A stretch of 64,000 nucleotides of DNA from contig JBBRCZ010000014.1 in the NCBI GenBank assembly GCA_038204425.1, positions 1 to 64,000 on the forward strand, read 5' to 3'. Source of the stretch: Spirochaetia bacterium. GTDB lineage: Bacteria > Spirochaetota > Spirochaetia > DSM-27196 > Salinispiraceae. A program made the position numbers and the translations under genes. The notes under the pieces are model-generated. The model did no database searches, was not told where the DNA came from, and saw only the letters and a program-made list of their open reading frames with translations. This document shows positions 30,008-41,415 of the stretch, piece after piece (the stretch's first letter is position 1; each line of letters starts with the position of its first letter).

Positions 30008-30042
30008 ACGGCGGTGCCCTGCGGGCACCTTCCGTTTTTTTT
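30008..30042 (+). terminator. Intrinsic terminator between tuf and rpsJ
   Basis: GGTGCCC-TGC-GGGCACC stem extended by ACGG/CCGT, then a T8 run. Confidence 0.75.
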
Positions 30043-30051
30043 GGAGGAACA

Positions 30052-30360
30052 ATGTCGCAGGAAAAAATCCGGGTGCGTTTGAGAGCTTTTGATATTGAAT
30101 TAATTGACCAAAGTGCCCGGTCCATCGTTCAGACCGTTCAGAAATCCGGTGCAAAGGTTGCGGGCCCCATTCCCCTTCCTACGCGCATTAATAAGTATAC
30201 CGTCCTGCGGTCACCGCATGTTAACAAGAAGTCGAGAGAGCAATTTGAGATGAGAACGCACAAGCGTCTTATTGATATTATCGAACCGACAGCCGCGGTT
30301 ATGGACGCGCTTATGAAGCTTGAGTTGCCCGCAGGGGTTGACGTCGAGATCAAACAGTAA
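30052..30360 (+). CDS. rpsJ: 30S ribosomal protein S10
   Basis: [20 protein letters not shown]. Confidence 0.99.
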   Translation: MSQEKIRVRLRAFDIELIDQSARSIVQTVQKSGAKVAGPIPLPTRINKYTVLRSPHVNKKSREQFEMRTHKRLIDIIEPTAAVMDALMKLELPAGVDVEIKQ

Positions 30361-30387
30361 TTGGAAACCTTGTCATCGAGGAAACGC

Positions 30388-31008
30388 ATGTTAGGGCTTA
30401 TAGGAAAAAAAGTCGGTATGACCCAAGTGTTTGACGAAAAAGGACGTGTAACTCCGGTTACTGTCATTAAGTTCGCACCCAACTTGGTAGTTTCACACCG
30501 CACTGAAGAAAAAGATGGTTATAGTGCCATTGTTTTAGGCACCGATGAAATCAAACCTTCTCGCAGTACCAAGCCGTACATCGGCCAGTTTGGAGATTTG
30601 GCGCCTCAGAGGCGACTCTTTGAAATGCGAGATTTTGAAAAAGATTGCAATGTGGGCGACAAGTTAACTCTTGAAGTGCTTAGTGATGCCCTTTTTCTGG
30701 ACGTAATCGGTACATCTAAGGGTAAAGGTACCCAAGGTGTAATGAAGCGCTACGGGTTTGGTGGCGGCCGCGCAACTCACGGATCCAAGTTTCATCGTGA
30801 AAATGGATCAACAGGTTGTTCGACAACTCCTCACCGAACGGTTAAAGGTCGCAAAATGGCTGGCCGAATGGGTCGAGAGCGGGTAACTGTTCAGAACCTC
30901 AAGATCGTCAGCATTGATGCGGAAAAGCAGGTGATTCTGGTTAAGGGTGCAGTGCCCGGAACCAAAGATGGATTCCTTCTTGTTGCCCGCTCAAAGAAGA
31001 AAGGTTAA
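30388..31008 (+). CDS. rplC: 50S ribosomal protein L3
   Basis: [23 protein letters not shown]. Confidence 0.98.
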   Translation: MLGLIGKKVGMTQVFDEKGRVTPVTVIKFAPNLVVSHRTEEKDGYSAIVLGTDEIKPSRSTKPYIGQFGDLAPQRRLFEMRDFEKDCNVGDKLTLEVLSDALFLDVIGTSKGKGTQGVMKRYGFGGGRATHGSKFHRENGSTGCSTTPHRTVKGRKMAGRMGRERVTVQNLKIVSIDAEKQVILVKGAVPGTKDGFLLVARSKKKG

Positions 31009-31012
31009 AGAT

Positions 31013-31657
31013 ATGAAGAAACCTGTTCTTTCCATAGAAGGCAAAGAAGTTCGCACCATTCAGTTGTCTGACGCGGTTTTTGATCGCGAAGTATCTGATG
31101 GTTCGATTTATCACGCAATCCGTAATGAACTTGCCAATATTCGAGTTGGAACACACAGTGTTAAAACTCGGGCAGAAGTAAATGGAAGTCATAAAAAGCC
31201 ATGGAAGCAAAAAGGTACGGGCCGAGCTCGTTCCGGTACCAAGCAGTCACCTATTTGGGTGGGTGGTGGTATCGCTTTTGGTCCACGACCACGAGACTAC
31301 AGTTACACTTTGCCACGCAAGATCAAAAGATTGGCTTTGATAAGTATTCTTTCGTTAAAGAATCAAAGCGACGAACTGAGGATTGTGGAAGACTTTACAA
31401 TTGCCAGCGGCAAAACTAAAGAAATTGCGCAGATTCTCGCCAAGATTGTGCCAAATGAACGGACGGTGCTCATCCTTAAAGATGACGATGCATTGGTTCG
31501 CCGTGCTGGTCGCAATATTCCTTGGTTAAAAATATTGAGCTACAATCGACTGCGCGCTCACGATCTTTTTTATGCAAAAAAAGTTCTGACGCTAGAAACG
31601 GCGGCACTTAAGTTAAATGATTTTTATGCTGATAAAGACAACGGAGGGGACAAATAA
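31013..31657 (+). CDS. rplD: 50S ribosomal protein L4
   Basis: KPWKQKGTGRAR, GGG.AFGP.PR. Confidence 0.98.
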   Translation: MKKPVLSIEGKEVRTIQLSDAVFDREVSDGSIYHAIRNELANIRVGTHSVKTRAEVNGSHKKPWKQKGTGRARSGTKQSPIWVGGGIAFGPRPRDYSYTLPRKIKRLALISILSLKNQSDELRIVEDFTIASGKTKEIAQILAKIVPNERTVLILKDDDALVRRAGRNIPWLKILSYNRLRAHDLFYAKKVLTLETAALKLNDFYADKDNGGDK

Positions 31658-31941
31658 TGAGAGCAGATGAAATTATTATTGAACCCCTGTTGACTGAGAA
31701 GTCCAATGGCCAGCGAGAGATTCATCAGTATTCGTTTGTGATTGACAAGCGTGCTAACAAAATCATGGTCATGAAGGCAGTGCAAGAGCTTTTTAATGTG
31801 CATCCTGTTTCATGTAACATTATTAATGTGGGCGGTAAGCCTCGTCGGCTTCGTTCGCGTTCTGGTTACACTTCGGCTTGGAAAAAAGCTGTGGTAACTA
31901 TTGGCGCCAACGAGAAGATTCAGATTTTTGAAGGTGCCTGA
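31657..31941 (+). CDS. rplW: 50S ribosomal protein L23
   Basis: P..TEKS, WKKAVVT; gene order. Confidence 0.97.
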   Translation: MRADEIIIEPLLTEKSNGQREIHQYSFVIDKRANKIMVMKAVQELFNVHPVSCNIINVGGKPRRLRSRSGYTSAWKKAVVTIGANEKIQIFEGA

Positions 31942-31964
31942 GTTGCACATTCCAGGAGGATTTT

Positions 31965-32789
31965 GTGGGTATTAAGACATATAATCCGATCACTCCCGGC
32001 CAGCGGCTCAGGACAAGTCTCGACCTTTCCGAGATTACAAAGTCCAAGCCAGAAAAAGGTTTGCTTATCAGTCATTCTGAAAAAGCAGGTCGTGGCCAAA
32101 AAGGACAGATCAGTGTTCGTCGCCGTGGCGGCGGTCACAAAAAGCGCCTTAGAGTGGTTGATTTTAAGCGCGAAAAGTTTGGTATTCCTGGTAAGATTGC
32201 GGCGATCGAGTACGATCCAAATCGAACCAGCAACCTTGCTCTAGTGTTTTATGCAGATGGCGAAAAGCGCTACATCATTCACCCAGAGGGTTTGAAGGTT
32301 GGTGCGACAGTTCTGAGTGGCGACAAGGCCAAGCCAGAGTTGGGAAATGCTTTGCCAGTTGGTTTGATTCCTTTGGGCACTAGCGTGCACAATATTGAAC
32401 TGACCATTGGTAAGGGTGCGCAGCTTGCTCGTTCTGCCGGAACTTACGCCAACGTGGCTGCCAAAGATGGTGACTATGTGACGCTCAAGTTGCCCTCGGG
32501 TGAATTGCGCTTGGTTCATGCACGTTGTTTTGCAACCATAGGTGTTGTTGGTAACGGCGACCATATGAATGTTTCTTTGGGTAAAGCTGGTCGAGCTCGT
32601 TGGCTCGGTCGTCGTCCCGCTGTGCGAGGCGTTGCCATGAACCCAATTGACCATCCGCATGGTGGTGGTGAAGGTAAGACTGCTGCTGGTCAGCATCCTG
32701 TTTCACCAACTGGACTTTTGACCAAGGGTTACAAGACCCGCAAGAAGCGTAAGCCATCAAGTCGCTTTATTGTGAAGAAAAGAAAGTAA
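31965..32789 (+). CDS. rplB: 50S ribosomal protein L2
   Basis: [19 protein letters not shown]. Confidence 0.99.
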   Translation: MGIKTYNPITPGQRLRTSLDLSEITKSKPEKGLLISHSEKAGRGQKGQISVRRRGGGHKKRLRVVDFKREKFGIPGKIAAIEYDPNRTSNLALVFYADGEKRYIIHPEGLKVGATVLSGDKAKPELGNALPVGLIPLGTSVHNIELTIGKGAQLARSAGTYANVAAKDGDYVTLKLPSGELRLVHARCFATIGVVGNGDHMNVSLGKAGRARWLGRRPAVRGVAMNPIDHPHGGGEGKTAAGQHPVSPTGLLTKGYKTRKKRKPSSRFIVKKRK

Positions 32790-32801
32790 GAGGAGTCGCT
32801 C

Positions 32802-33083
32802 GTGTCAAGGTCAGTAAAAAAAGGACCCTTCATCGAGAAGAGTCTCTTCAAAAAAGTAGCTGAAATGAACAAGGCTGGGGAAAAGAAGATGATCAAGACC
32901 TATTCCCGGTCTTCCACCATTATTCCTGATATGGTTGGTATTACAGTTTCCGTGTATAACGGCAAGACTTGGGTTCCGGTTTATGTAACTGAAAACCTGG
33001 TTGGCCATAAGCTCGGAGAATTCTCGCCTACCCGTATCTTCCGGGGGCATGCCGGTGCCGACAAAAAGGCCGGGAAGAAGTAA
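32802..33083 (+). CDS. rpsS: 30S ribosomal protein S19
   Basis: [18 protein letters not shown]. Confidence 0.99.
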   Translation: MSRSVKKGPFIEKSLFKKVAEMNKAGEKKMIKTYSRSSTIIPDMVGITVSVYNGKTWVPVYVTENLVGHKLGEFSPTRIFRGHAGADKKAGKK

Positions 33084-33095
33084 AGGTAGATAGTC

Positions 33096-33458
33096 ATGGC
33101 AGAAAAGAAAACGTACATCGCCCATGCCCGCTATATCTTGGTATCTCCTACCAAAATTCGCCGTGTGGCTGATAATGTGCGTCGGAAGTCTTATCCTGAA
33201 GCTTTGGCCATTCTGGACAATCTCCCCCACAAGGGTGCTGAGTTGATCCGGGCGGTGATTGTTTCTGCGGCTTCCAATGCGCTGTACCAAAACAAGAACC
33301 TTGATGAAGGCATGCTTTATGTCAAGGAACTTTACGTCAATGAAGGTCCTCGTCTTAAAAGACTTTGGCATCGAGCCCGTGGTCGAGCGGACCTTCTCCT
33401 CAAGCGGATGAGTCACATCACCGCTGTGGTTGATGAAATCGCTCGTAAGGGAGTATAA
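33096..33458 (+). CDS. rplV: 50S ribosomal protein L22
   Basis: SP.K.R, EGP.LKR..RARGR, SHIT. Confidence 0.98.
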   Translation: MAEKKTYIAHARYILVSPTKIRRVADNVRRKSYPEALAILDNLPHKGAELIRAVIVSAASNALYQNKNLDEGMLYVKELYVNEGPRLKRLWHRARGRADLLLKRMSHITAVVDEIARKGV

Positions 33459-33460
33459 CC

Positions 33461-34231
33461 GTGGGTCAGAAAGTAAATCCGTACGGCTTGCGCCTTGGTA
33501 TAAACAAGGACTGGAAATCCAAGTGGTTTGTTGATCCCCGAAACTACGCGGAAACCCTGCATGAGGATCTCAAGATCCGCAAGTTGGTACTTGGTCTAGA
33601 AGAGACCAAAAACGCAGACATTTCCGATATTGAAATCACGCGGCATCCGCAAAGGATCGTGTTGGTTGTTCACACTGCACGTCCTGGCGTCATCATTGGC
33701 CAAAAGGGTGCTACCATCGAAAAGATTTCTGAAATCTTAATGAAAAAGGTGGGTAAGTCCATCCAAGTTAAGGTCAAAGAAATTAAGAAGCCAGAAATAG
33801 ATGCGCAGTTGATAGCTATCAATGTTGCTCGTCAATTAAAAGGCCGTGCTTCTTTCCGCAAGACCCTCAAGGTTTCTGCTACAGCAGCCATGAAGGGTGG
33901 AGCTCAGGGTGTCAAGCTAATTGTTGCTGGTCGTCTCGGCGGTGCGGAAATGAGTCGTACTGAATCGACGATGCAAGGCCGGGTGCCTTTGCATACACTT
34001 CGAGCCAACATAGATTACGGTTTTGCCGAAGCCAATACCACCTTTGGTGTAATTGGAGTAAAGGTTTACGTCTTTACTGGTGAAGTTCTCCGTAAGGATG
34101 GCAAAGAAGACGCCGGTTCCATGGTTCGCAAGAAGCGTGATGGTAGTGAGGATCGAACAGAGAGATCTGATCGAGGTGAACGCCCTGCTCGTCGTGACGG
34201 CCGTACGGACCGAAACGGAACAAGGAGTTAA
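33461..34231 (+). CDS. rpsC: 30S ribosomal protein S3
   Basis: GQKVNP.G.RLG, GRVPLHTLRA. Confidence 0.99.
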   Translation: MGQKVNPYGLRLGINKDWKSKWFVDPRNYAETLHEDLKIRKLVLGLEETKNADISDIEITRHPQRIVLVVHTARPGVIIGQKGATIEKISEILMKKVGKSIQVKVKEIKKPEIDAQLIAINVARQLKGRASFRKTLKVSATAAMKGGAQGVKLIVAGRLGGAEMSRTESTMQGRVPLHTLRANIDYGFAEANTTFGVIGVKVYVFTGEVLRKDGKEDAGSMVRKKRDGSEDRTERSDRGERPARRDGRTDRNGTRS

Positions 34232-34234
34232 GCT

Positions 34235-34660
34235 GTGCTCGCACCAAAGAGACTCAAATTTAGAAAAAAGCAGCGCCGTATTCGTACAACGCTCTTAGGA
34301 ACAGCCCAGACAGGTAACTATGTCGCCAATGGTGACTTTGGTTTGATGTCTTTGGACAGTTTCTGGGTAACCAATCGTCAATTGGAAGCCGCTCGTATTG
34401 CACTTACCCGCCACATTAAGCGCGGTGGTAAAGTGTGGATAAGAGTCTTTCCTGACATGCCATTTACCAAGAAACCTGCTGAAACTCGAATGGGTAAGGG
34501 TAAGGGTAATCCAGAAGGATGGGTAGTTTGTGTCCGTCCCGGAAAGATTCTCTTCGAAATCGGTGGTGTGGAACGCGAACTGGCTGAACAAGCTATGCGT
34601 CTTGCATCATCTAAATTGCCGATAGCCACGAAGTTTGTCGTTCGTGAGGATATGGAGTAA
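34235..34660 (+). CDS. rplP: 50S ribosomal protein L16
   Basis: WIRVFPD, RMGKGKG. Confidence 0.98.
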   Translation: MLAPKRLKFRKKQRRIRTTLLGTAQTGNYVANGDFGLMSLDSFWVTNRQLEAARIALTRHIKRGGKVWIRVFPDMPFTKKPAETRMGKGKGNPEGWVVCVRPGKILFEIGGVERELAEQAMRLASSKLPIATKFVVREDME

Positions 34661-34663
34661 GTC

Positions 34664-34861
34664 ATGAAAAATTCATTCAAGGAACTTACGTTCAAGGAAC
34701 TTGTTCAGAAGCGCGAAGACCTCAAGAAAGAGTTTTTCGATTTACGTTTCAAAATGGTAGTTGGACACGTTGACAATCCGCTTGTAAAGCGTACTGTTCG
34801 TCGTTCGATTGCAAGGCTGAACAACCTAATTTACAACCACCCTGATGTGGTGGGCAAGTAA
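34664..34861 (+). CDS. rpmC: 50S ribosomal protein L29
   Basis: F.LRF, RR.IAR; gene order. Confidence 0.95.
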   Translation: MKNSFKELTFKELVQKREDLKKEFFDLRFKMVVGHVDNPLVKRTVRRSIARLNNLIYNHPDVVGK

Positions 34862-34873
34862 CTGGAGTAGCCC

Positions 34874-35146
34874 GTGGAACAAAAAACTCTTTCAAAAGAG
34901 CGTCTCCGCAAAACCTTTACTGGTCTTGTGGTGAGCGAAAAAATGGAAAAAACGGTGGTGGTGCAGGTAACAACCAAAAAAATGCATCGCCTCTATAAAA
35001 AGTTTATTACCCAGTCCAAACGGCTGAAAGTTGATGATCCTGAGAGTCAGGCTCATGAAGGTGACACCGTTAGGGTTGAAGAATGTCGACCAGTATCGAA
35101 AGATAAGGTTTGGCGCCTGGTAGAAATCGTCGAACGAGCTCGTTAA
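34874..35146 (+). CDS. rpsQ: 30S ribosomal protein S17
   Basis: KMEKTVVV, ECRP.SK. Confidence 0.97.
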   Translation: MEQKTLSKERLRKTFTGLVVSEKMEKTVVVQVTTKKMHRLYKKFITQSKRLKVDDPESQAHEGDTVRVEECRPVSKDKVWRLVEIVERAR

Positions 35147-35173
35147 AGCTCGTTTTTGGAGAGGTAGCAGTTT

Positions 35174-35542
35174 ATGGTACAGATGCAAACGTTCTTAAAT
35201 GTTGCCGACAACTCAGGCGCCAAAATCGTCCAGTGCATTAAAGTACTTGGCGGTTCAAAACGGCGGACTGCAGGTGTAGGTGACATAATAGTGGTGGCGG
35301 TAAAAGATGCCACTCCCAATGCCCCTGTTAAAAAAGGTAGCGTTGAAAAAGCAGTTATTGTAAGAACAAGTAAGGAACATCGTCGTATTGACGGTACCTA
35401 TATCAGGTTTGATGATAATGCCTGTGTAATTATCGATGCTAACCACAACCCCAAGGGCAAACGTATATTTGGCCCTGTTGCTCGTGAGCTTCGCGATCTC
35501 GATTATATGAAAATCGTTTCGCTTGCTCCCGAGGTACTGTGA
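35174..35542 (+). CDS. rplN: 50S ribosomal protein L14
   Basis: [24 protein letters not shown]. Confidence 0.99.
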   Translation: MVQMQTFLNVADNSGAKIVQCIKVLGGSKRRTAGVGDIIVVAVKDATPNAPVKKGSVEKAVIVRTSKEHRRIDGTYIRFDDNACVIIDANHNPKGKRIFGPVARELRDLDYMKIVSLAPEVL

Positions 35543-35553
35543 GGAGCCAAAAA

Positions 35554-35880
35554 ATGTCTGAAGACTTAAAAATCAACACCAAGTTGAAGAAAGATGACGT
35601 AGTTGTGGTAATCGCTGGCAAGGAAAAAGGCAAGACTGGTAGAATTCTTAGGATTGATACCAAGGTTGGCCGAGTACTTGTTGAGGGTATCAACATGGTC
35701 AAAAAGGCTAAGAAGAAAAAAAGCCAACAGGATCAAGGTGGGATTATCGATATCGAAGCCACAATTGACATTTCCAATGTTCAATTGATGGACAAGAGTG
35801 GTAAGCCAACAAGGATCAAGATCAAAGAAGAGGGTGGCAAGCGCATTCGCGTCGCTGCTCGCACGGGAGAAGCACTGTAA
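35554..35880 (+). CDS. rplX: 50S ribosomal protein L24
   Basis: [19 protein letters not shown]. Confidence 0.97.
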   Translation: MSEDLKINTKLKKDDVVVVIAGKEKGKTGRILRIDTKVGRVLVEGINMVKKAKKKKSQQDQGGIIDIEATIDISNVQLMDKSGKPTRIKIKEEGGKRIRVAARTGEAL

Positions 35881-36458
35881 TGGCAGCGGCAAAAGAAACC
35901 AAAAAGGAACATTCATATGTTCCAAGCCTCAAGACGGCCTTCAAGGAAAAAATTGCCCCTGAACTCTTTAAGGAATTCGGTTTCACGAGCGTGATGCAAG
36001 TGCCACGTCTCGAAAAAGTGATCGTTTCCATGGGTGTGGGCATCGCAACCGGTAACAAGAAGATTCTTGACAATTCAGTTAATGAAATGGGTTTGATAAC
36101 CGGGCAAAGAGCAGTAAAGACCAAGGCCAAGAAGTCGATAGCCAACTTTAAGTTGCGCGAAGGCATGGAAATTGGGTGTAAGGTTACCTTGCGCGGCAAT
36201 CGAATGTTTGAGTTTCTTGATCGTTTTATAAACGTTGCTTTACCCCGAGTAAAGGACTTCCGCGGAGTTAATCCAAACGGTTTTGATGGACATGGTAATT
36301 TTTCCATGGGCGTTACCGAGCAGATTATTTTCCCGGAAATCGACTATGACAAGATCGACCGGATAAGTGGGATGAACGTAGCCATCGTTACCACGGCTCC
36401 TAACGACCAGGAAGCAAAAGCCCTGCTTGCAAAGCTCGGCATGCCCTTCCGCAAATAA
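35880..36458 (+). CDS. rplE: 50S ribosomal protein L5
   Basis: [20 protein letters not shown]. Confidence 0.99.
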   Translation: MAAAKETKKEHSYVPSLKTAFKEKIAPELFKEFGFTSVMQVPRLEKVIVSMGVGIATGNKKILDNSVNEMGLITGQRAVKTKAKKSIANFKLREGMEIGCKVTLRGNRMFEFLDRFINVALPRVKDFRGVNPNGFDGHGNFSMGVTEQIIFPEIDYDKIDRISGMNVAIVTTAPNDQEAKALLAKLGMPFRK

Positions 36459-36470
36459 AAGAGGTGTGAC

Positions 36471-36656
36471 ATGGCTCGTCTAGCGATGATCCTTAAGGCG
36501 CAAAAAACGCCAAAGTTCATGACCCGCAAAGTCAACCGCTGTAGATTGTGCGGTCGACAACGTGGTTATCTGCGAAAGTTTCAAATGTGCCGCTTGTGTT
36601 TCCGCAAGCTGGCTAGCCAAGGCTTGATTCCAGGCGTTACAAAGTCCAGCTGGTAA
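36471..36656 (+). CDS. rpsN: 30S ribosomal protein S14, short zinc-binding type
   Basis: CRLC..CRLCFR, IPGV.KSSW. Confidence 0.97.
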   Translation: MARLAMILKAQKTPKFMTRKVNRCRLCGRQRGYLRKFQMCRLCFRKLASQGLIPGVTKSSW

Positions 36657-36668
36657 GAGGAGTTTTGA

Positions 36669-37067
36669 ATGAGCGTATCTGATCCAATTGCAGACATGCT
36701 GACCAAGATCCGTAATGCAAGCATGGCGGGTCTGGAAAAAGTGGATATAACATCTTCAAAGTTGAAACTCGAAATCGTAAAGATTTTGAAAAACGAAGGT
36801 TATATCAAAAATTTCAAGAAAGTCACACAGGATGAACTGAACGTTCTGCGTGTTTATCTCAAGTATGATGAGAAGTCTAAGCCGATAATTCACGGCATCC
36901 AGAAGATATCTACTCCTGGTCGAAGAATTTACACAGGCTATAAGAATCTTCCCCGCGTCATCAACGGCTACGGCACTTTAATTGTGTCAACTTCTGTCGG
37001 TGTTACTACCGGCAAAAAAGCTGCTGAGAAAAAAGTCGGTGGGGAACTCATTTGTTCAGTATGGTAA
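36669..37067 (+). CDS. rpsH: 30S ribosomal protein S8
   Basis: [21 protein letters not shown]. Confidence 0.99.
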   Translation: MSVSDPIADMLTKIRNASMAGLEKVDITSSKLKLEIVKILKNEGYIKNFKKVTQDELNVLRVYLKYDEKSKPIIHGIQKISTPGRRIYTGYKNLPRVINGYGTLIVSTSVGVTTGKKAAEKKVGGELICSVW

Positions 37068-37077
37068 GGAGCACGTA

Positions 37078-37617
37078 ATGTCCAGAATAGGAAAAATGCC
37101 CGTTGCTATCCCTGCGGGTGTAAAAATCAACGTTACTCCTGAATCCTTTACGGTAGAAGGACCCAAGGGAAAGCTGACTCAGTCGTATCTTCCAGAAGTG
37201 GAGATTAAGATTGATGGCGGTGTGGCCCAAGTGAGCCGCAAGTCCGAAACCAAAGTCGCCAAGTCACTACATGGTTTGTATCGCAAGCTATTGTTTAACT
37301 TGGTCGAGGGTGTATCAAAAGGGTTCAGTAAAACGCTGTTAATCAGTGGAGTAGGTTACCGTGCCGAGTTGAAAGGTAAGAGTCTTTTGCTTAACTTGGG
37401 ATATTCCAATCAAATGGAATACATCGTTCCTGACGGTATTACTATCGTTTTGGAAGGACAAACCAAGATTCAAGTTTCAGGCATCGATAAGGTTCAAGTT
37501 GGTCAGGTAAGCGCAGAAATTCGGTCTATTCGGCCTCCTGAGCCATACAAGGGCAAGGGCATTAAGTACGATACCGAAGTAATCCGCCGCAAGGTCGGAA
37601 AATCAGGTATCAAATAA
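37078..37617 (+). CDS. rplF: 50S ribosomal protein L6
   Basis: MSRIGK, GVGYRA, PEPYKGKG. Confidence 0.99.
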   Translation: MSRIGKMPVAIPAGVKINVTPESFTVEGPKGKLTQSYLPEVEIKIDGGVAQVSRKSETKVAKSLHGLYRKLLFNLVEGVSKGFSKTLLISGVGYRAELKGKSLLLNLGYSNQMEYIVPDGITIVLEGQTKIQVSGIDKVQVGQVSAEIRSIRPPEPYKGKGIKYDTEVIRRKVGKSGIK

Positions 37618-37631
37618 GGCAGGTAGGCAGA

Positions 37632-37988
37632 ATGAGTCGAATACTTATAAAGCAAAGAAGAAGTGCACGACGTAAAGTCAGAATTCGCGGCAAGATTAGC
37701 GGTACAGCGCTGAGTCCAAGAATTAGCGTTTTCAAAAGCAACAAGCATCTTTACGCTCAGGTGATTGACGACGTAGCCGGTAAGACTTTGGCTGCTGTTT
37801 CAAACCTTGGCGAGTTTAAGAATCTCAAGGTAAATGTGGCCGATGCTGAAAAGCTTGGTCAGGCCCTTGGCGAAAAAATGAAGGCTATTAACATTACTGG
37901 TGCGGTTTTTGACCGTAACGGCAATCTCTTTCACGGAGTAGTTAAGGCGCTCGCTGATGGCACCCGCAAAGCCGGGATAAAGTTCTAG
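37632..37988 (+). CDS. rplR: 50S ribosomal protein L18
   Basis: PR..VFKSN..YAQ.IDD, VFDR. Confidence 0.98.
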   Translation: MSRILIKQRRSARRKVRIRGKISGTALSPRISVFKSNKHLYAQVIDDVAGKTLAAVSNLGEFKNLKVNVADAEKLGQALGEKMKAINITGAVFDRNGNLFHGVVKALADGTRKAGIKF

Positions 37989-37997
37989 GGGGAAGTA

Positions 37998-38501
37998 GTG
38001 GAAAAGTATAATCGCGATGGTGAAAAAGAATTCGTCGAAAAGCTCATTACCCTCAATCGAACTGCCAAGGTAGTTAAAGGCGGTCGTCGTTTCTCGTTTT
38101 CAGCTCTCGTTATAGTTGGAGACAAGAAAGGTCGAGTAGGATACGGTTTTGGTAAGGCCAATGACGTTTCCGAAGCCATTCGCAAGAGTGTTGAGCGAGC
38201 AAAGCGCAACCTTATTCAAATAAATATTAAGAAAAGTACCATCCCTCACGAGGTAAAGGGAGCGTTTAAGGCCAGTTATGTCTACCTTAAGCCTGCCGCA
38301 CCAGGTGCCGGAATTATTGCCGGTGGACCAACCCGAGCCATAATGGAATTGGGTGGTATTTCGGATATTCTTTCAAAATCAGTAGGTTCCCGAAACACTA
38401 TGAACGTAGTTAGGGCAGTTTTTGATGGAATTTCTCGTTTGTATAATGCAAGAGATATTGCCAAGAACCGTGGTAAGTCGTTGCAGGATCTTTGGGGGTA
38501 A
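37998..38501 (+). CDS. rpsE: 30S ribosomal protein S5
   Basis: [16 protein letters not shown]. Confidence 0.99.
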   Translation: MEKYNRDGEKEFVEKLITLNRTAKVVKGGRRFSFSALVIVGDKKGRVGYGFGKANDVSEAIRKSVERAKRNLIQINIKKSTIPHEVKGAFKASYVYLKPAAPGAGIIAGGPTRAIMELGGISDILSKSVGSRNTMNVVRAVFDGISRLYNARDIAKNRGKSLQDLWG

Positions 38502-38503
38502 GC

Positions 38504-38686
38504 GTGAAGCTTAAAATTACATTGGTGCGCAGCACCATAGGCAAGATTCCCAAGCATCGTGGAACAATACGAGCACTGGGACTAAGAAAACTGCATCACA
38601 GTGTCGTGCATGATAAAAACCCAATGATTCTGGGTATGATAAATGCTGTCTCCTATATGTTAGAAGTTGAGGAGGTCGCCAAGTGA
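38504..38686 (+). CDS. rpmD: 50S ribosomal protein L30
   Basis: KITLVRS.IG, ALGL; GTG start at 38504. Confidence 0.95.
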   Translation: MKLKITLVRSTIGKIPKHRGTIRALGLRKLHHSVVHDKNPMILGMINAVSYMLEVEEVAK

Positions 38687-39144
38687 GTATGATTAAAAAG
38701 CCGCTGGGTGCAACCAAGTCTCGTAAACGTTTGGGTCGAGGTCCTTCGAGCGGTACCGGCGGTACGTCCGGTAAGGGCGAGAATGGCCAAAACTCACGTT
38801 CGGGCGGCGGCGTAAGACCAGGTTTTGAAGGTGGTCAAATGCCGTTGTATCGGCGCTTGCCGATGAGAGGGTTTTCCAACTACCCCTTCAAAATTACAGC
38901 AGTTTCTGTGAACCTGCGCGACCTAGAGGCCAAATTTTCTGCTGGTGAAACAGTGAGCTATGAAAGCCTGGTTCAAAAGAAGATCATTAAGCCTTCTTCT
39001 GGATATGTCAAAATTCTGGGAACGGGCGATATAACCAAAGCCCTGACGATTAAATATCTGGATATCTCCGCTTCAGCGGCAGAAAAAATAAAAGCTGTCG
39101 GTGGTACCATCACTGACCTCCAGGAAAGCAAAGATGGCGAGTAA
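38683..39144 (+). CDS. rplO: 50S ribosomal protein L15
   Basis: GRG.SSG.G, FEGGQMPL.RR. Confidence 0.98.
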   Translation: MSMIKKPLGATKSRKRLGRGPSSGTGGTSGKGENGQNSRSGGGVRPGFEGGQMPLYRRLPMRGFSNYPFKITAVSVNLRDLEAKFSAGETVSYESLVQKKIIKPSSGYVKILGTGDITKALTIKYLDISASAAEKIKAVGGTITDLQESKDGE

Positions 39145-40462
39145 CGCGCTTCTTGACATAATGAGAATTAAGGATCTGAGGGACAGAATTTTCTTTACCC
39201 TCTTTATCCTTATCATTTACCGAATCGGTACAGTGGTGCCGATTCCTGGTATCAACTTTACGGTTATCCGTGACTACTTCCAACAGCAGCAAGCCGGCGG
39301 TGGCGGTCAAATTGAGCTGTTTCTTGACTTCTTTTCGGGCGGCGCCTTCTCAAACTTTTCGGTATTTATGTTGGGTATTATGCCTTACATTTCTATGTCC
39401 ATTATCATGCAGTTAGTTATGGTAGTGTTTCCAAGGTTTAAGAAGATGTCAGAAGAAGACGGTGGCAAGAAAAAGATCAAGAGGATCACTCGTTACGGTA
39501 CAATCGTTGTTTGTTTGGTTCAGGCTGTCGCCGTTATAGCCTACGCGGATCAGATCCCACAGGCGATTATGAAGGGCTTCGATAAGTCGCTTTATATTGT
39601 CGTATCAATGCTGACGGTCACAACGGGTACACTATTTTTGATGTGGCTTGGCGAACAAATTAGTCAACGTGGTATCGGAAACGGTATTTCTTTGATCATT
39701 TTCGCCGGTATCGTTGCCCGCTTGCCTTCGGCTGTAATTCAGTTGTTTAATATGGTAAACAATGGTGACATTAATCCAATTTTTGTAATGATTGCTTTGT
39801 CGCTCTTTGTAGTAGTAATCGTGCTGGTTATTTATGAACAGAGGGGTCAAAGAAAGATTCCTGTCAATTACGCAAAAAGAGTAGTTGGAAGGAAGATGTA
39901 CGGCTCGCAAAGCACCTACATTCCTTTCAAGATTAATCCATCAGGCGTTATTCCTGTTATCTTTGCATCGGCTATCATACAGTTTCCCCTGCAAATAGCT
40001 CAGATGTTTGGACCTGGAATACGTTGGATGTCGGACTTGGCTAGCTTCCTCAATCCGAGTGGAGTTCCCTATATGGTCTTGTATACGCTGTTAATCATAT
40101 TCTTTGCGTATTTCTATACCCAAGTGAGTCTGAACCCTATTGAAATTTCCCGTCAGATCAGGGAAAATGGCGGTTCGATTCCCGGTATTAGGTCGGAAAA
40201 GACAGAAGAGTATTTATCCAGGGTTCTAAGTAGAATAATCCTCCCTGGTGCGATATTCCTTGCCTTTATCGCCCTAATCCCAACAATAGTCCAAGGAGTG
40301 TTCAAGTTTCCACCATCAATAGCATATTTGATGGGTGGCACGAGCCTTCTTATTATCGTTGGCGTCGACCTGGATTTAATGTCCCAAATCGAGGGTCAGT
40401 TGCGCATGCACCATCATGACGGCCTGACTAAGAAGGGCCGTATCCGGGGCAGAAACCTGTAA
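39134..40462 (+). CDS. secY: Preprotein translocase SecY
   Basis: LGIMPYIS, GIGNGISL, GVIPVIFA, IPGIR, GGTSLLI. Confidence 0.99.
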   Translation: MASNALLDIMRIKDLRDRIFFTLFILIIYRIGTVVPIPGINFTVIRDYFQQQQAGGGGQIELFLDFFSGGAFSNFSVFMLGIMPYISMSIIMQLVMVVFPRFKKMSEEDGGKKKIKRITRYGTIVVCLVQAVAVIAYADQIPQAIMKGFDKSLYIVVSMLTVTTGTLFLMWLGEQISQRGIGNGISLIIFAGIVARLPSAVIQLFNMVNNGDINPIFVMIALSLFVVVIVLVIYEQRGQRKIPVNYAKRVVGRKMYGSQSTYIPFKINPSGVIPVIFASAIIQFPLQIAQMFGPGIRWMSDLASFLNPSGVPYMVLYTLLIIFFAYFYTQVSLNPIEISRQIRENGGSIPGIRSEKTEEYLSRVLSRIILPGAIFLAFIALIPTIVQGVFKFPPSIAYLMGGTSLLIIVGVDLDLMSQIEGQLRMHHHDGLTKKGRIRGRNL

Positions 40463-40480
40463 TGAGATAAGGAACCAGAC

Positions 40481-40594
40481 ATGAAAGTTCGAGTGAGCGT
40501 GAAGCGCATTTGTGACAAGTGCAAGGTAATCAAGCGACGGGGAATTCTTCGTATTATTTGCGACAACCCTAAGCATAAGCAGAGACAAAGATAG
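40481..40594 (+). CDS. rpmJ: 50S ribosomal protein L36 (absent from the ORF track)
   Basis: Manual translation [37 protein letters not shown]. Confidence 0.97.
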   Translation: MKVRVSVKRICDKCKVIKRRGILRIICDNPKHKQRQR

Positions 40595-40605
40595 GAGGAA
40601 GCTGA

Positions 40606-40971
40606 ATGGCACGTATTGCCGGTGTTGACCTTCCCAACAAGCACCTTGAAATCGCCCTGACCTATATTTTTGGTATTGGTCGGACTTCTGCAAGGGATAT
40701 TTGCTCAAAAGCAAAGATCCCATTTGAGAAGAAGGTACAGGAGCTCAGCAGTGATGAAGTAAACTCATTGCGAGCTATTATTGAAAATGAATACAAGGTT
40801 GAAGGCCGCCTTCGCACCGAGATCTCGCTAAACATTAAGCGTCTCATGGATATCGGTTGCTATAGAGGTCTTCGACACCGCCGAGGATTGCCCGTTCGCG
40901 GTCAACGGACATCCACAAATGCGCGTACTCGTAAGGGTAAACGCAAGACGGTGGCTAACAAGAAGAAATAG
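40606..40971 (+). CDS. rpsM: 30S ribosomal protein S13
   Basis: [16 protein letters not shown]. Confidence 0.99.
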   Translation: MARIAGVDLPNKHLEIALTYIFGIGRTSARDICSKAKIPFEKKVQELSSDEVNSLRAIIENEYKVEGRLRTEISLNIKRLMDIGCYRGLRHRRGLPVRGQRTSTNARTRKGKRKTVANKKK

Positions 40972-41003
40972 GCCTGCTTAAGCCGATCACGGAGGAATAC
41001 CAG

Positions 41004-41384
41004 GTGGCTAAGACCAAAAAGAAAAAAGAGAAAAAGTCAGTATTTGAGGGTAATGTCTATATTCAGGCTACTTTTAACAATACGATTGTAACCGTAAGTG
41101 ACCTGAACGGAAACGCCCTTTCTTGGGCGAGTGCAGGTGGCTTGGGCTTTAGAGGTGCAAAAAAATCTACCCCGTTTGCTGCGCAGACCACTGCGGAAAC
41201 TGCAGCAAATAAGGCTTTAGATTACGGCCTCAGAGAAGTCAATGTGTTCGTCAAAGGACCCGGCGTTGGTCGTGAATCTGCGATCCGCTCCCTTGGCGCA
41301 TTGGGTATTAAAGTAAAGTCCATCAAGGACGTTACCCCAATTCCGCACAATGGGTGCAGACCACGTAAGACCCGACGCGTCTAA
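41004..41384 (+). CDS. rpsK: 30S ribosomal protein S11
   Basis: ATFNNT, TPFAAQ, PHNGCRP. Confidence 0.99.
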   Translation: MAKTKKKKEKKSVFEGNVYIQATFNNTIVTVSDLNGNALSWASAGGLGFRGAKKSTPFAAQTTAETAANKALDYGLREVNVFVKGPGVGRESAIRSLGALGIKVKSIKDVTPIPHNGCRPRKTRRV

Positions 41385-41415
41385 TGACGCTATCAACGCA
41401 GCTTAAGGAGACCAA

